Shown: piece by piece, positions 41,821-53,469 of the stretch
How the letters are laid out: every line of letters begins with the position of its first letter
Numbering within the stretch: the first letter of the stretch is position 1
NCBI RefSeq assembly: GCF_006345805.1
Contig: NC_042997.1
Location: forward strand, 7,006,001 to 7,070,000
Source of the DNA: Octopus sinensis
Taxonomy: Eukaryota
Direction of reading: 5' to 3'
Length of the DNA stretch: 64,000 nt
Notes under the pieces: model-generated
What the model was told of the DNA's origin: nothing
The model's input: the letters and a program-made list of their open reading frames with translations, nothing else
Database searches by the model: none
Made by a program: the position numbers and the translations under genes

Positions 41821-42449
41821 GCGTGTTGTGTGTGTATATGTACCCAACGTCTCGTTATTTAATATCGGTTTTATTAGTATACCTAAGAATGAAACAACGT
41901 TGACACATAATCTCATTTTATTTTTCATCACTGCTGATGATTTTGATAATTTTGACATTGAATATCTTAATTGCTCTTTTATTCTTTATTCATGAACACC
42001 TGTTTCCAATATAATCTTTTGAAATATTATACGTGTAGAACGTGTTTGGGCGTTTCAAAATATTTTATTTATATAATTAGTCATTTTTGTCTGTCTCTGG
42101 TCGTCGTTGACGTTAATGAAAAAGAGCTTTCTGCGTTATCTGGCTTGTTGTACAATTTATGAAGTGCGGAAGTATTGCTTATGAGAGTTGGAAAGATATT
42201 CGATGGGTGTAGCTATGTAGAAAATGAAGTTTTGTCCTCACATCGTACATAACTAACTTGGTGACTTAGACTTTAGCATGATGCAATTATACGTCACTGG
42301 AATATCCTTGTCAAACTGAAGATTGTTTTACTGTTGTCCTTTAGTCTTCTTTCAAAACAAGACTTCTCATCATCTCGCTATTTATATGTAACACTCAGAA
42401 TCAAAGACATTAATCGATAAACGAAACACGAAAATAAGTATGAATAAGT

Positions 42450-42667
<218 letters not shown>

Positions 42668-42788
42668 GAAATATTAAAATTACTAAGTCTCTCTAAATAG
42701 CTAACTTAAGGCGATGGCCTCATGGAGCTAATAAGCGGACAGCTTTATTCTTATTTTTATAAGAATGCCATATTAGTATGGCGATAAC

Positions 42789-42881
<93 letters not shown>

Positions 42882-43269
42882 AGAGAGAGAGAGAGAGAGA
42901 GAGAGAGAAGTAGAATTGGCGTTTATCATAACCGACGAAGGGATAACCTATCTGTATATACTATCGATGTAAGTTACCCGTGTATTTTCAAGGCCTTGGT
43001 ATTCAGGCTCGATGTACTCTTAGAATACCGGTAACAAGGGGAATCAAATATAAATAATTATGAAATGAAGAAAAAGAAATGAGAAAGTTGGACCACTTCT
43101 AAAGCTTATTCTTTAATACAAAACATGACATAACCTCTATGAAACATAAATATAACTTCACGTAATTGTTATATCATGTAATGAAATGAATAATAAGCTT
43201 TAGATATGGTCCAGTTGTTTTCTTTGATGATATAAGTGTTTCTCCATTCCTGATTATGTATGTATATAT

Positions 43270-43500
43270 ACTCTTTACTCTTTTTTTTTACTCTTTTACT
43301 TGTTTCAGTCATTTGACTGCGGCCATGCTTGAGCACCGCCTTTAGTCGAGCAAATCGACCCGGGACTTAATCTTTGTAAGCCCAGTACTTATTCTATCGG
43401 TCTCTTTTGCCGAACCGCTAAGTGACGGGGACGTAAACAAACCAGCATCGGTTGTCAAGCAATGCTAGGGACACACACACAGACACACAAACATACACAC
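43270..43500 (-). mobile_element. Octopus-type SINE
   Basis: Homologous to 9040-9240, with a (TTTACTC)-type tail. Confidence 0.85.
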
Positions 43501-43519
43501 AAATACATATATATATATA

Positions 43520-43648
43520 TAAGACCGGCTTCTTTCAGTTTCCGTCTACCAAATCCACTCGGCCCGAGTCTATAGCAGAAGACACTTGCCCAACATGCCA
43601 CGCAGTGGGACTGAACCCGGAACCACGTGGTTGGTAAGAAAGCTACTT
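43520..43648 (-). mobile_element. tRNA-derived SINE body with a CORE-like TTGGGCAAGTGTCTT box; its head continues at 45607-45648
   Basis: Reverse complement of 63832-63985; interrupted by the 43649-45606 insertion. Confidence 0.85.
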
Positions 43649-45606
43649 TATTTCAAAACATTTGCCATAAAGGCAGTACACAGATTAAGTTAGCTTTGCG
43701 GGCTGGACGAGGACATTAATGAAGTAAATGATAATGAAAGACAGATGATAAGGATGGGAGAATACAAAAAGAGCCCGCCGACTTTCGCTTCTCTAAAACA
43801 TTGTTCTTTTTAAAGATAAAAACAAAACGAGGTATTAAACCTCTTACAATTTTTCCAATTTTTGGACTTAGCAGTCCATTATTAATACTAACAGTTCAAT
43901 AATTACATATCATCCTCGAAATAGCTTGTGCCCGCGCCCTCCACCATCATACACGCCTCCCTCAGAACGTAATCAAGTTCCGAGTTCGCGTCGCCCGGGA
44001 CCAAGCTATAATCTTCATTGAGCTCCTTTAGCCCAAGCGTCACGTCGAACGCCACGGCCTCCACAGCTATCTGCGGAGGCCATTCGGGGTCCTGTGTGAA
44101 GGCTAAAGGAGCTCCCTTGTGGTACTCTTCCATCATTTTTTTTCAATTTCTCCTCCTCTATAGAAGAGGACCAATACGTTCAGTTCTTTCGTTGGCGGCA
44201 CAGTTCCCGCCAACGTCGGCGGCTCATGGATATCAGCAGCCCGACCTTTCTTTCTTTTTCTCCTCCTTCTTTTGGGGGAGACTGCTGACCCAGGGGACGC
44301 CGTCACCAGACACGGGGGATCGCTATCCCCCTCCGCCACCTGAGCGTTCTTTGGCGAGCAGCCATTGTTGCTCGCCTATCTCTTTCTTTTCGTGGAGGCA
44401 ACCTCCTCCACGACTTCCACCGTCTCCCCCTACAATGAGGGGGCGGTGGGCGCCTTTTCCCCTTCATGCTCCGGGGCACCACCACGGCCCCCGGGACAAT
44501 TCCTCTTGATATGTCCGGGCTTCAATTCCTCTTGATATGTCCGGGCTCTTGATGTGCCCAGCCATTCTCAGGAAGTCCGGGAATTTCATTTCTCCCACGG
44601 CCGCCGGTGTCCACAGGGTCAAAGTTGCATTTGACCCCTCCCAGGCGACCGCAGGAGCCATTTTCACACTCAGTAGCCTGGGTCCGCTATCCCCCAGGCC
44701 TCGCCGGATGGTCTTCTCGATCCATTCCGCCTCCGTGCCCGGGGGCAGCCCACAAACCCAGGCTCTTTTTACTTTTCTGCCACAATACGAGGGGAGGAAC
44801 AAAATTTCCTCTCCCTCCAGTGGCTCGCTAGCAAATCTGCTAGCTTCCTCGGGGGTACCAAACAGCAACCACACCGTTGCAAATTTACTCCCCCGAGAAA
44901 TAAACTTTATCATTGGTAGGTGGTCCCCAACTCTTTCTCTATGGTGCTCCTGTCGAAGAGGGCGATAGCTCCACGCGACCTAGAATAGGTTCGTAGGACC
45001 ACCATCCTCTTCTCAAGACTTTCAATCCACTGCTTGGGTGGGACAACCTCCCATTCCAAAGCAGTGGTTTCTTGTGTTGCCATGATTTTGAAAAAAGTTC
45101 AACTAAAAGTTCAAAGTCCAATAAGAAAAAAACAAAATGACAGAACAGAAAGACAGAACAGAGAAAAGGACGAAGGAAGACAGTTCAAATAATGGCAACA
45201 CAGTTCTGCAACTGGTAATCCTCACGAAACAGGGTACTCCTAGTTGCAGCACACTTGGTTCTCCATGGTAAATCCAAGCACAATTGGTTCTCCGTGGTAA
45301 ATCCAAGCGAACAAATTAATTTTTGAGGAGGGGCTATGCCTCTTCAAAATACACAATTCTCACTAAAAGGTGAGACAATAAATACGCGTACAGGCAGAAC
45401 AAATACATCCGAAGCAAAGTGAAGCTTATTACGCGCAGAAAAGTGTTAACACTAATAAACATTAATGCCAAAAAAGTATTAACGGCAAGCAATAAACCTC
45501 ACTATGCTTCCAAAAATATCCAAAATGTCCTACCTGTTGCCGTAAAATGTTCAATAATTCACGTTAACACGCGACATTTGCCGGAGCAAAAAGCAGCACG
45601 TCTTTC
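43649..45606 (-). mobile_element. ORF1-only L1/Tx1-derived non-autonomous retroelement (HAL1-like), 1.96 kb, with TSD
   Basis: Flanked by TGGTAAGAAAGCTACTT (43632-43648) and TGGTAAGAAGAGCTACTT (45607-45624). It has an about 490-bp 5' UTR, a GC-rich frameshifted ORF (45121-43903) and a 250-bp 3' UTR, with no endonuclease or RT motifs. Confidence 0.7.
43903..45121 (-). pseudogene. Frameshifted LINE ORF1-like (gag-like) coding region
   Basis: Chain of overlapping ORFs (44939-45121, 44464-44913, 44303-44485, 44133-44339, 43903-44136) with protein-like composition and a basic RRRRKRKK tract. A 26-bp tandem duplication at about 44497-44548 breaks the frame. Confidence 0.65.
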
Positions 45607-45648
45607 TGGTAAGAAGAGCTACTTACCACACAGCCACTCCTGCGCCTA
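45607..45648 (-). mobile_element. SINE 5' head (A-box region) split from 43520-43648
   Basis: Minus strand TAGGCGCAGGAGTGGCTGTGTGGTAAGTAGC, the same head as at 63832 and 31622. Confidence 0.8.
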
Positions 45649-45657
45649 TATATATAT

Positions 45658-45746
<89 letters not shown>

Positions 45747-45788
45747 TATATATATATTATAGGAAAAAGCAAAAAGAATAGATTAAAA

Positions 45789-45873
45789 TCTCGGTACGAT
45801 CGTTTCGTACGAGGACATATTTTAAGCTACAAAAATGCAGTGAATACAGATGGCTCGTACTCGTCAGCCGAAA
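45789..45873 (-). ncRNA. Type I hammerhead ribozyme in the 3' pseudo-LTR
   Basis: Minus strand UUUCGG-CUGACGA-GUACGAG[40-nt loop]CUCGUAC-GAAA-CGAUCG-UA-CCGAGA: complete core, 7-bp stem II, palindromic ACGAUCGU helix III. Confidence 0.9.
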
Positions 45874-47144
45874 AAATATCAGAGAATCCCAAACATCAAA
45901 AGGGGTAGATATAAAAGAGGTTGTAGGATTAACTGCATTGAAGAAAGTTCGATTCATGGAGATTTGATGAAAGGTTTTAAACCTATAGAATTTATGCATG
46001 TCTACATATAGCTCATATTGGATATTTGATCAAGTTGTATGAAGAAATTTTCGGATACAGTCATGCAAAATTTCTGAAAATCCGAGTAAGAGGCAAAGTG
46101 ACTGCCACATCATGTAGAGGAAAGTCTGAGTAAAAACATAGTGACTGTCATGTCGTGTAGAAAAATAACAGATTGTTATTGAAATTAACAAGAATCGCAG
46201 ATAAGTTCGATTTTTTTTGAGATCTGATGAAAAAGTCTTGAACTTACACAATTTGTGTATGTCCTTATAGTTCGTAATCCAGTTTTATGGAGGGATTTAA
46301 GGTACAATCATGCGAAAATATCAGGGAGTCCGAATGAGAAGCAAAAATGACAGCCTTATATTGTAGTGGTTCAGATAGTTAATGAAATATTCAAGAATCA
46401 CAGAAAGAGGAGGAAGGGGGTAGGAATTTAATCAGTTACTGCTATTTATGCTGTCAAAGAGAAAGGAAAGGGGAAGCTAAGGGGATGGGCACAATTTGAT
46501 ACTAACAAAAAAGTCTAAGTTTGTTTGGAACAAAATCGAACTGAGGTCAACAATTTATTTCTTTATTCATAAATGTTACTATAATAGATTGTCAGGTTAA
46601 AAGAGGTCATTAGAAAGGAAAGAAAAAGGTTGTTTTTAATGAAATTACACTATTATATTATTATTATACTAAACTAAAACATACATAATGTTATTAAATG
46701 AAAATATTAAATGAAATTAAACAATTATATTATTATTATACTAAACTATAATACACTACACTATATTATATTATATTATTTTTGATAAATTATATCACAT
46801 CACAATACACTATGATAGGTCTAGTATTAGCAGAAATTAATTTTAAAAGTTTAAAAATTTAAAAAGAAATTAAGAGAATTAACTAACTAAAATTTGTAAT
46901 GGGATAAAAAATAGACTAATAAATGGAGATAAAATTAATTTATTAATAATATGGTCCAATAGAAATAAATCAAATAAATAATTTATGTCAATAAGTATCA
47001 AATAGTACCATCAGAGAGAGAAAAATTATAATCATAGCCAGTTAGAACTTATCTTTCTAGTTAAATATATACTATGTAGGAGTGATATGTAAGTCAAAAT
47101 TGAATTTCAGTATACAGTTATCAATTGAGATATGATTTAAAATA

Positions 47145-50100
47145 TCATTTAAAATATTTATGAGTCTTAAACCGAGCATGTACACAAGAATTTCCAAGTT
47201 CAATTCTGCTGTTGAATTGAATTTCTCCATTATTTTTATACATTAGTATTTCGAATGCTTCCATGGAGCAAAGTTGGCAGCCTACTCTGCTATTTTTATA
47301 GGGTTTTGCTCTTCTGACTAATTCCCAATTTAGGTTATATTTGATATTATTGTTTTTTAGTTCCCAAATTTAACTAGAAAGAGTAGTGCTATCAGCCTTA
47401 TGACGTAATTTAAAAGATGAGAGATGATTATTCAATCTCTGTTTAAAATTTACAGTGCATCCAACATAAGAGAACTTATTATTATCTGTGGTTACGGAGC
47501 ACTTATAGATTATGTTAGTTAACCCGCATAAATCAGGGGCCGGGCATTTTGATTTAATTCTGCAGTTACATCTAGGGGCATTATAATTAGAGGTGGAATA
47601 CGTTGAGGATAGAAGTTTTATATTACTGTTGCTTAAAGCAGAGCGGGTAAATTTATCATGATTTTGATTAATGTTATTATCTAAAAACACTCTATCATTA
47701 TTGTAGTTAATATTATTATCTAAAACAGTATTATCATTTATAGGTATTCCTACATTTTCATTTGGTTCTAAAGCTCTACTTTCATTATTATTATTATTAT
47801 TGGTGCTGATATCTAAAATAATGTTATCATTATTGCAGTTGATGTTATCTTCTAAAGTAGTATTATCATTTGTCGGTATTCCTACACTATCGTTTGGTTC
47901 TATAACTCTACTATCATTGCTGATATTGTTGATGCTATTAATATTGTTGTCGATATTGCTATCCAGATGTGTAGTGTTGTTGCTGATAATGTTGTTACTC
48001 TCATTCACTGTACTTATATTCATGGTATTATTCCTATTACTAACATAATCATTCCTATTTATGTTATTATTGTTATTAACAATTCCATGGCTTTTGGTTA
48101 TATTTATTTTATGACATTCATTATTGTTATTATTATTATTATTGTTGCAATTATTACTTTTCGTACTGTTATTACAATTTTCCGTTGCATTTTTATTTTT
48201 ATTTATTAAATTATTTCTGGCTAGTTTTATGTTATTATTATTGATCTTAGCTATTAAAGTGGACATATTTGGGAGAGTTGAATAAGAAATTCTGACTGTT
48301 TTTTTAGAAATAACTTTATGATATCTATGAGAGGATGGGAAATTATTTTCTAGAATTGTTTTGAATCTACCCTGAATATCTGATGAAACCGTACAGTTAA
48401 AAGGGATGTTTAGCCATATTATGTCTTTCTTAGTAAATTTCTTCGAATTAGAGTTAGGGCTGCTAGAATTTTTCCCACTAGAGTTAGGGTTATTAGAATT
48501 AATCGTCCCATCATCAGATTCTTTGTATTTATTACTGTTCCTGTTAGTATTTTTGCTAGTTTTATCCAAGTTTATTTTACCCTTATTATAAGTATTCTCT
48601 GTTATGTTTTTATTAATATTCTTAATATCATTAGGGTACTTTGCCCTTGTAAATCTATTTCTACTATCCTTTCTGGTATGGTCATTGTTGTTGTCTATGT
48701 TACTAATAGTGTGTTTCATAATTTTAATTTTATTTAAGGTTGCCTTATCAAGGCTATCTGTATTATGGTCTATGTATTTATCCTTATACTTATCATTACG
48801 ATTAGATGTTGTATTAGATCCACATCTATGTATCTTTTCGACTTGATCATTTTTGTATTTTTGTGGTTATTGCTGTTTAATTTACTTAAATTATTATGAT
48901 GAGTTCCTAGTTTTTCCGTATCTTCAAAAGTAATTTTCTGGTTATATACTGCTCTAGATAACGCCTCATTGTAATGCCCTGAGTGTGAGTTAAATATATT
49001 AGAATTAGATGATAATTTGGATATTCTTATGGAAATATTTCTAACTAAGGAATTTATTATATTTGGGGGATGATTAGATAATTTATTTACGTGACTAGTG
49101 ATTTCCCCTTCTTTTCTAAATGGATAATGTAGTTTGGAGTTAAGGTCTAAAGTAATATCTAGAAAATTAGCTATTTTAATGTTAGGTTCATAGGTTATGC
49201 TAAGGTTGAAATATTTAAAGAACCTATTAATCTTCTTTTTAATTCTTTCTATGTGTGATTTATTATTGGTATTTACAACAAACAAAGCATCATCTCTATA
49301 TAGACCACCCTGCAATTCAGGGATCTCTTTATTAATGCATTTCAGTAGATATGCTCCTACTAAATTGGTTACCTCAGCCGAATCACTTGAGCCCATAGGA
49401 ATATCGAAAAAGTTAGGGGTATCAGCTCTGGTCCATAATTTTCCCTCAAATTCAATAAAGGTTTTCCTAGCTAAAAGTATAATGTCTATTTCTTCTCTAG
49501 TAGATAGAGGGAGCGATTCATCGCGAATATAAGCGATTATTAAGTAGGATAGGGGAAATGCTAGAGTAGTAGTTATTTATATCGAATTGAATGAAGGCTA
49601 AATTATTCGTATTAGTTAGGGAATTAAACCATTTAAGGACCTCATCGGTATTTATCCACAGGCTTAAGGGAAGAAGTGGGGTTATTTGGGGTAAGATATT
49701 ATCTAGGATAGATTTACTAAGTCGGCCAATATCCGACTTAGTTGGGCAAATAAGTCTTACCGACGGGTTTTCCAGGAAATTCTTTTTATGGTCTTTAAGA
49801 TTAATCCTAGGTTCGCATGGTACAATTGGTTCTGTTCTGTCTGCTAGATCATATTTATCCATAATAGCTTTCATTTCTAAGTTAGTTTCCTTCAACTTTC
49901 CTTTGGTAGTAGTTTTGTATTTGGAGTTAAGCTCCTTGTTAATTAGAATGCTGTAGAGTGAATAGTCTACTCTATAAAAAACTCTATAAAAATTGCCCGT
50001 TTTGTCAGCTGGTACTAAAATTCCTCTCTTGTTTCGAGTTGATTTTATAAATTTACTGAGATGCTTGAGGTGGTGATTATATCTTAACGGGTGATCCTTG

Positions 50101-50374
50101 AATTTAATTCTTTCTATGAGGTTGAGTAGGTCTTTTCAAAATTATCAAGGAGTGGACTTGGAGGTGGGCTCTTCCTGCTTCTAAATATTCCGTCGAACTT
50201 CTTATTAGTAATCCTTCGTTTCGTATTCTTTCTATGTTTGATATCGAAGTGGTATGTTCTCCATCTAATCCTTCTAATGAAATCGTTTATCCTGTGAATG
50301 AGTAGCCAATAATACTCATCTTTACTATGGAGGGGGATGTCTTTAGGGGAAAACTCGAAGTTTATTTTTTCCAT
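47145..50374 (-). pseudogene. Naiad PLE RT-GIY-YIG polyprotein, disrupted
   Basis: Motifs in order: N-terminal FSPKDIP..Y..LI..I..FIRRIRW, VPADKTGNFY, RLICPTKSDIGRLSK, FIQFDINNYYSSI, MGSSDSAEV..LVG..GGLYRDDA, NFLDITLDL, IIWLNIPF..NNFP..HRYHK..SYS, CNCR..KCP..C, IIYKC..YVG..FKQRLNNH, IWELK..W..CQLC..E..NS..CVH. Lesions: frameshifts near 50135, 49980 (11-bp duplication), 49535 and 48800-48870, and a TAA at 47370-47372. Confidence 0.92.
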
Positions 50375-50576
50375 TCTTGCTGAAAAGTTAAGGACCGGAA
50401 AAACATACAGATAGTATGGGAATATATTCGGTTAAGTAATTGAGATTCTAGTGAATTCTAAAGAATTCACATGAATATGGTCCTTAACCAGGATGCACCG
50501 GATATCTATATGGTGTTAGCCATACGACAAGTGGGGTGATTCTAAATAGGAAAAAAGCAACAAGAATGGATTAAAA

Positions 50577-50663
50577 TCTCGGTACGATCGTTTCGTACGA
50601 GGACATCTTTAATAAGCTACAAAAATGCAGTGAATACAGATGGCTCGTACTCGTCAGCCGAAA
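50577..50663 (-). ncRNA. Type I hammerhead ribozyme in the 5' pseudo-LTR
   Basis: Same core and stems as 45789-45873; loop II is 42 nt. Confidence 0.9.
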
Positions 50664-50897
50664 AAATATCAGAGAATTCCCAAACATCAAAAGGGGTAGA
50701 TATAAAAAGAGGTTGTAGGATTAACTGCATTGAAGAAAGTTCGATTCATGGAGATTGATGAAAGGTTTTAAACCTATAGAATTTATGCATGTCTACATAT
50801 AGCTCATATTGGATATTTGATCAAGTTGTATGAAGAAATTTTCGGATACAGTCATGCAAAATTTCTAAAAATCCGAGTAAGAGGCATATATATATAT

Positions 50898-51111
50898 GTA
50901 AAGTTAATCCAAACATAAAAACACAAAGAGAAAACACAACAACGCGATGACGTGTAACAAAAATAGTATTATTGGACGCTCAGGAAGAAAGGAAAGAAGA
51001 CGTGTTCAATGTTTCGGGCGGAGCCCTTCGTCAGAAACATAAAAAAAGGAAAGATCCAAAGAAGGGAAGACGGAGGAAAAAAATCGTCAACGGTACACAC
51101 GTGGTCACATT

Positions 51112-51115
<4 letters not shown>
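50898..51115 (-). mobile_element. Solo PLE pseudo-LTR fragment of a different family
   Basis: Island between (TA)n tracts containing a minimal hammerhead at 51004-51038. Confidence 0.6.
51004..51038 (-). ncRNA. Minimal type I hammerhead ribozyme, probably with one inactivating change
   Basis: Minus strand GUUU-CUGACGA-A-GGGC[UCC]GCCC-GAAA-CA-UU-GAAC. Helix III reads ACAU instead of palindromic ACGU, consistent with CpG decay. Confidence 0.65.
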
Positions 51116-51199
<84 letters not shown>

Positions 51200-51321
51200 A
51201 GCTAGATAGATAGATAGATAGATACAGATAGATATATAAATATATATGTGCTTATATATTTACATGTATGTCTATGCATATATAATTATTTAGATATAGT
51301 CACACACACACGCACACACAC

Positions 51322-51385
<64 letters not shown>

Positions 51386-52336
51386 CTCACAAAAATGTAA
51401 ATATGTGAAGAATTATTACTATTAAAAGCTGTAATAATGAGGTGGCTAGCAAGACCTCTACCTAATCAAAAAGCCGTAGTTCTACCCTTGTTTTCTTCAA
51501 AAGTATATGTATATTATTCATATTATTATTTGATCGAACGACACGCATTCATTTCCAAGTAAGTTTACCTTAATCTTTTTGATGCGACTCTACACCTCTT
51601 TCGTACCCTATCATTTTCTCTCAATCCTTTCTCTAATTCCCATTTTCCTCCCCTTCACTGTTTTCCATTTGTGTCCCTCTCCCCTCTGTCTCCTTTACTC
51701 TTACCCGTTGCTCAAAAGTGACTATCGTCCATTTTCTTTTCTGCACATAATCATAGTTTTTTATCCTGGCTGTCATAAGGACTGGAGATATATTATTTCT
51801 CAATTCTCTGTTTTCTCTTATTTTATCGCTATTTTACATTCGTTTTCGTTCGGTTTCCAATGTCTCCACTGTCTTTTTTTGTTCCCAACTTTGAATCTCT
51901 ACAAGTCCCAAACTTTCTTTTGTTAGTTATGGGGGCAGGTGTCCTCTCAGACTCATATTTCAATGCATGAAATGATGAATAGATTGAGAATCGACAACTG
52001 CTGAAGGGTCGTTATTTACGTCACTTGTTCTATTTTCCATTTGATTATCTCGTCCTTTGCGTATTTAACTCATTTGCTTTTGTATTTCATATTGTATACT
52101 TTTGGTGAAGACCTGTAGCCACCTATGCATATGTATATATATATATATTATATATATATATACATTGATCGCTGAAATATCTACAAAACTAAACACGAAT
52201 ATGAGTACACACGCACACACATATATGTGTGTATATATATATATAGATAGAGAGAGATTATGTATGTACACACACACATACATACATATATATATGTATA
52301 TATGTATGTGTGTGTGTGTGTGTGTGTTTCTATGGC

Positions 52337-53300
52337 TACGAGGTCTGATCAATAAGTAACCAGACGGTTACCATATTAAGGACGCTAAAGCACGCAGAGT
52401 ATTGCCACTTGGCATGGACTGTTCCTGATCACTCTTGTTCACGCTTACTAAATTTTAATGTGACAAGGCTGGCCACTCGTAGAATTAATGCTCAAGTGGC
52501 TTAGTATTCCACAGACATGCATACAATTCATGTAGTTTTCAGGGAGATTCAGCCTCACACAAAATGTGACAAGGCTGGCCACTTTGAATTACAGCTACAA
52601 CTCATTTTTGCAAGTAGGATTCTTGCTCAAGAACACAGTCGGCCGCCGGGAATCTTTGTCATGACCTTACGATCGTTGGCTGAATACGTGTATCAACTGA
52701 CCCATGCACCTTCATTCACTTACCTGTAGAGAAAGGAAGTGAAGCGATAGAGACAGAGAACGGAAATGGCAATTAGACTGAAATACGATCGATAGTTTCT
52801 AGCTTCTTAACTCTTAACAGTGCTTGGAAAGGACGTTTGTAGCGTGTGATCGTTGAGTATATTATGATAGAGGAATTTGTCATGGCGATACCGGTTCAGT
52901 GGTCTTCACAAAGTTTCAGAAAGCTTATGATGAAGAGTGTATATGCCCCACACAATGCTACTCGTGGTTCTGGCGTTTCCAACATGCCCGAAAAAATATC
53001 GATATTAACGAACGTTCTGGGAGAGCCGAAACCAGTAGAAATGAAAAAAATATCGCAGATGTGCGTGCAGCTGTGAGGGAAATTCAGTTGAATCACCATC
53101 TGCGATTTACCGGAGGATGTGCCGATTAGTTACGATACATTTCTGTTCATTACGAATGAAGATTTTGCTTATAGCTTACGAACAAACACTAGAGTTTCAG
53201 TCGCACAAGTTCTCCATGACCCTGTCCAAAACGACGAACACTCTTTGAAAACTTTTCGTACGCCACTGAGCACGTATCGCAAATATTTTGGCCAAATCCG
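52337..53300 (+). mobile_element. Mariner element 5' portion (TIR and transposase N-terminus), interrupted by a SINE-containing repeat
   Basis: TA+CGAGGTCTGATCAATAAGTA mariner-type TIR at 52337; ORF FTKFQKAYDEECICPTQCYSWFWRFQHARKNIDINERSGRAETSRNEKNIADVRAAVRE matches the mariner paired/HTH region. Confidence 0.85.
52455..52818 (-). mobile_element. Composite repeat: tRNA-derived SINE plus an about 110-bp 5' extension
   Basis: Reverse complement of 61578-61925, including the extension. Confidence 0.8.
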
Positions 53301-53469
53301 GTGTAGATTTCTTGCTTAACGTTGCTATTCTTAATGTGACGATCACACGTTACACACGTTCGCTCCAAGCACTGCTATAAACGCTAGCAGTGAGTTAGAG
53401 CATTAAAACATAGTTAAAGGTCATTCTCTTCTATGCTTTAGTTTCAGTACTATGGCAATAGCCTGGTTA

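Larger units (their letters stand above)
45761..50885 (-). mobile_element. Near full-length Naiad-type Penelope-like retroelement with two pseudo-LTRs
   Basis: About 335-bp direct repeats at 45761-46094 and 50548-50885, each with a hammerhead. Between them lies an RT plus C-terminal GIY-YIG ORF. Both ends abut (TA)n. Confidence 0.93.

Noticed and set aside
47145-47600. Selenoprotein-type Naiad (UGA-Sec in the endonuclease plus SECIS)
   Set aside because: All zinc-ligand cysteines read TGT or TGC, the internal stop at 47370 is TAA rather than TGA, and no SECIS-like hairpin was seen by eye downstream.
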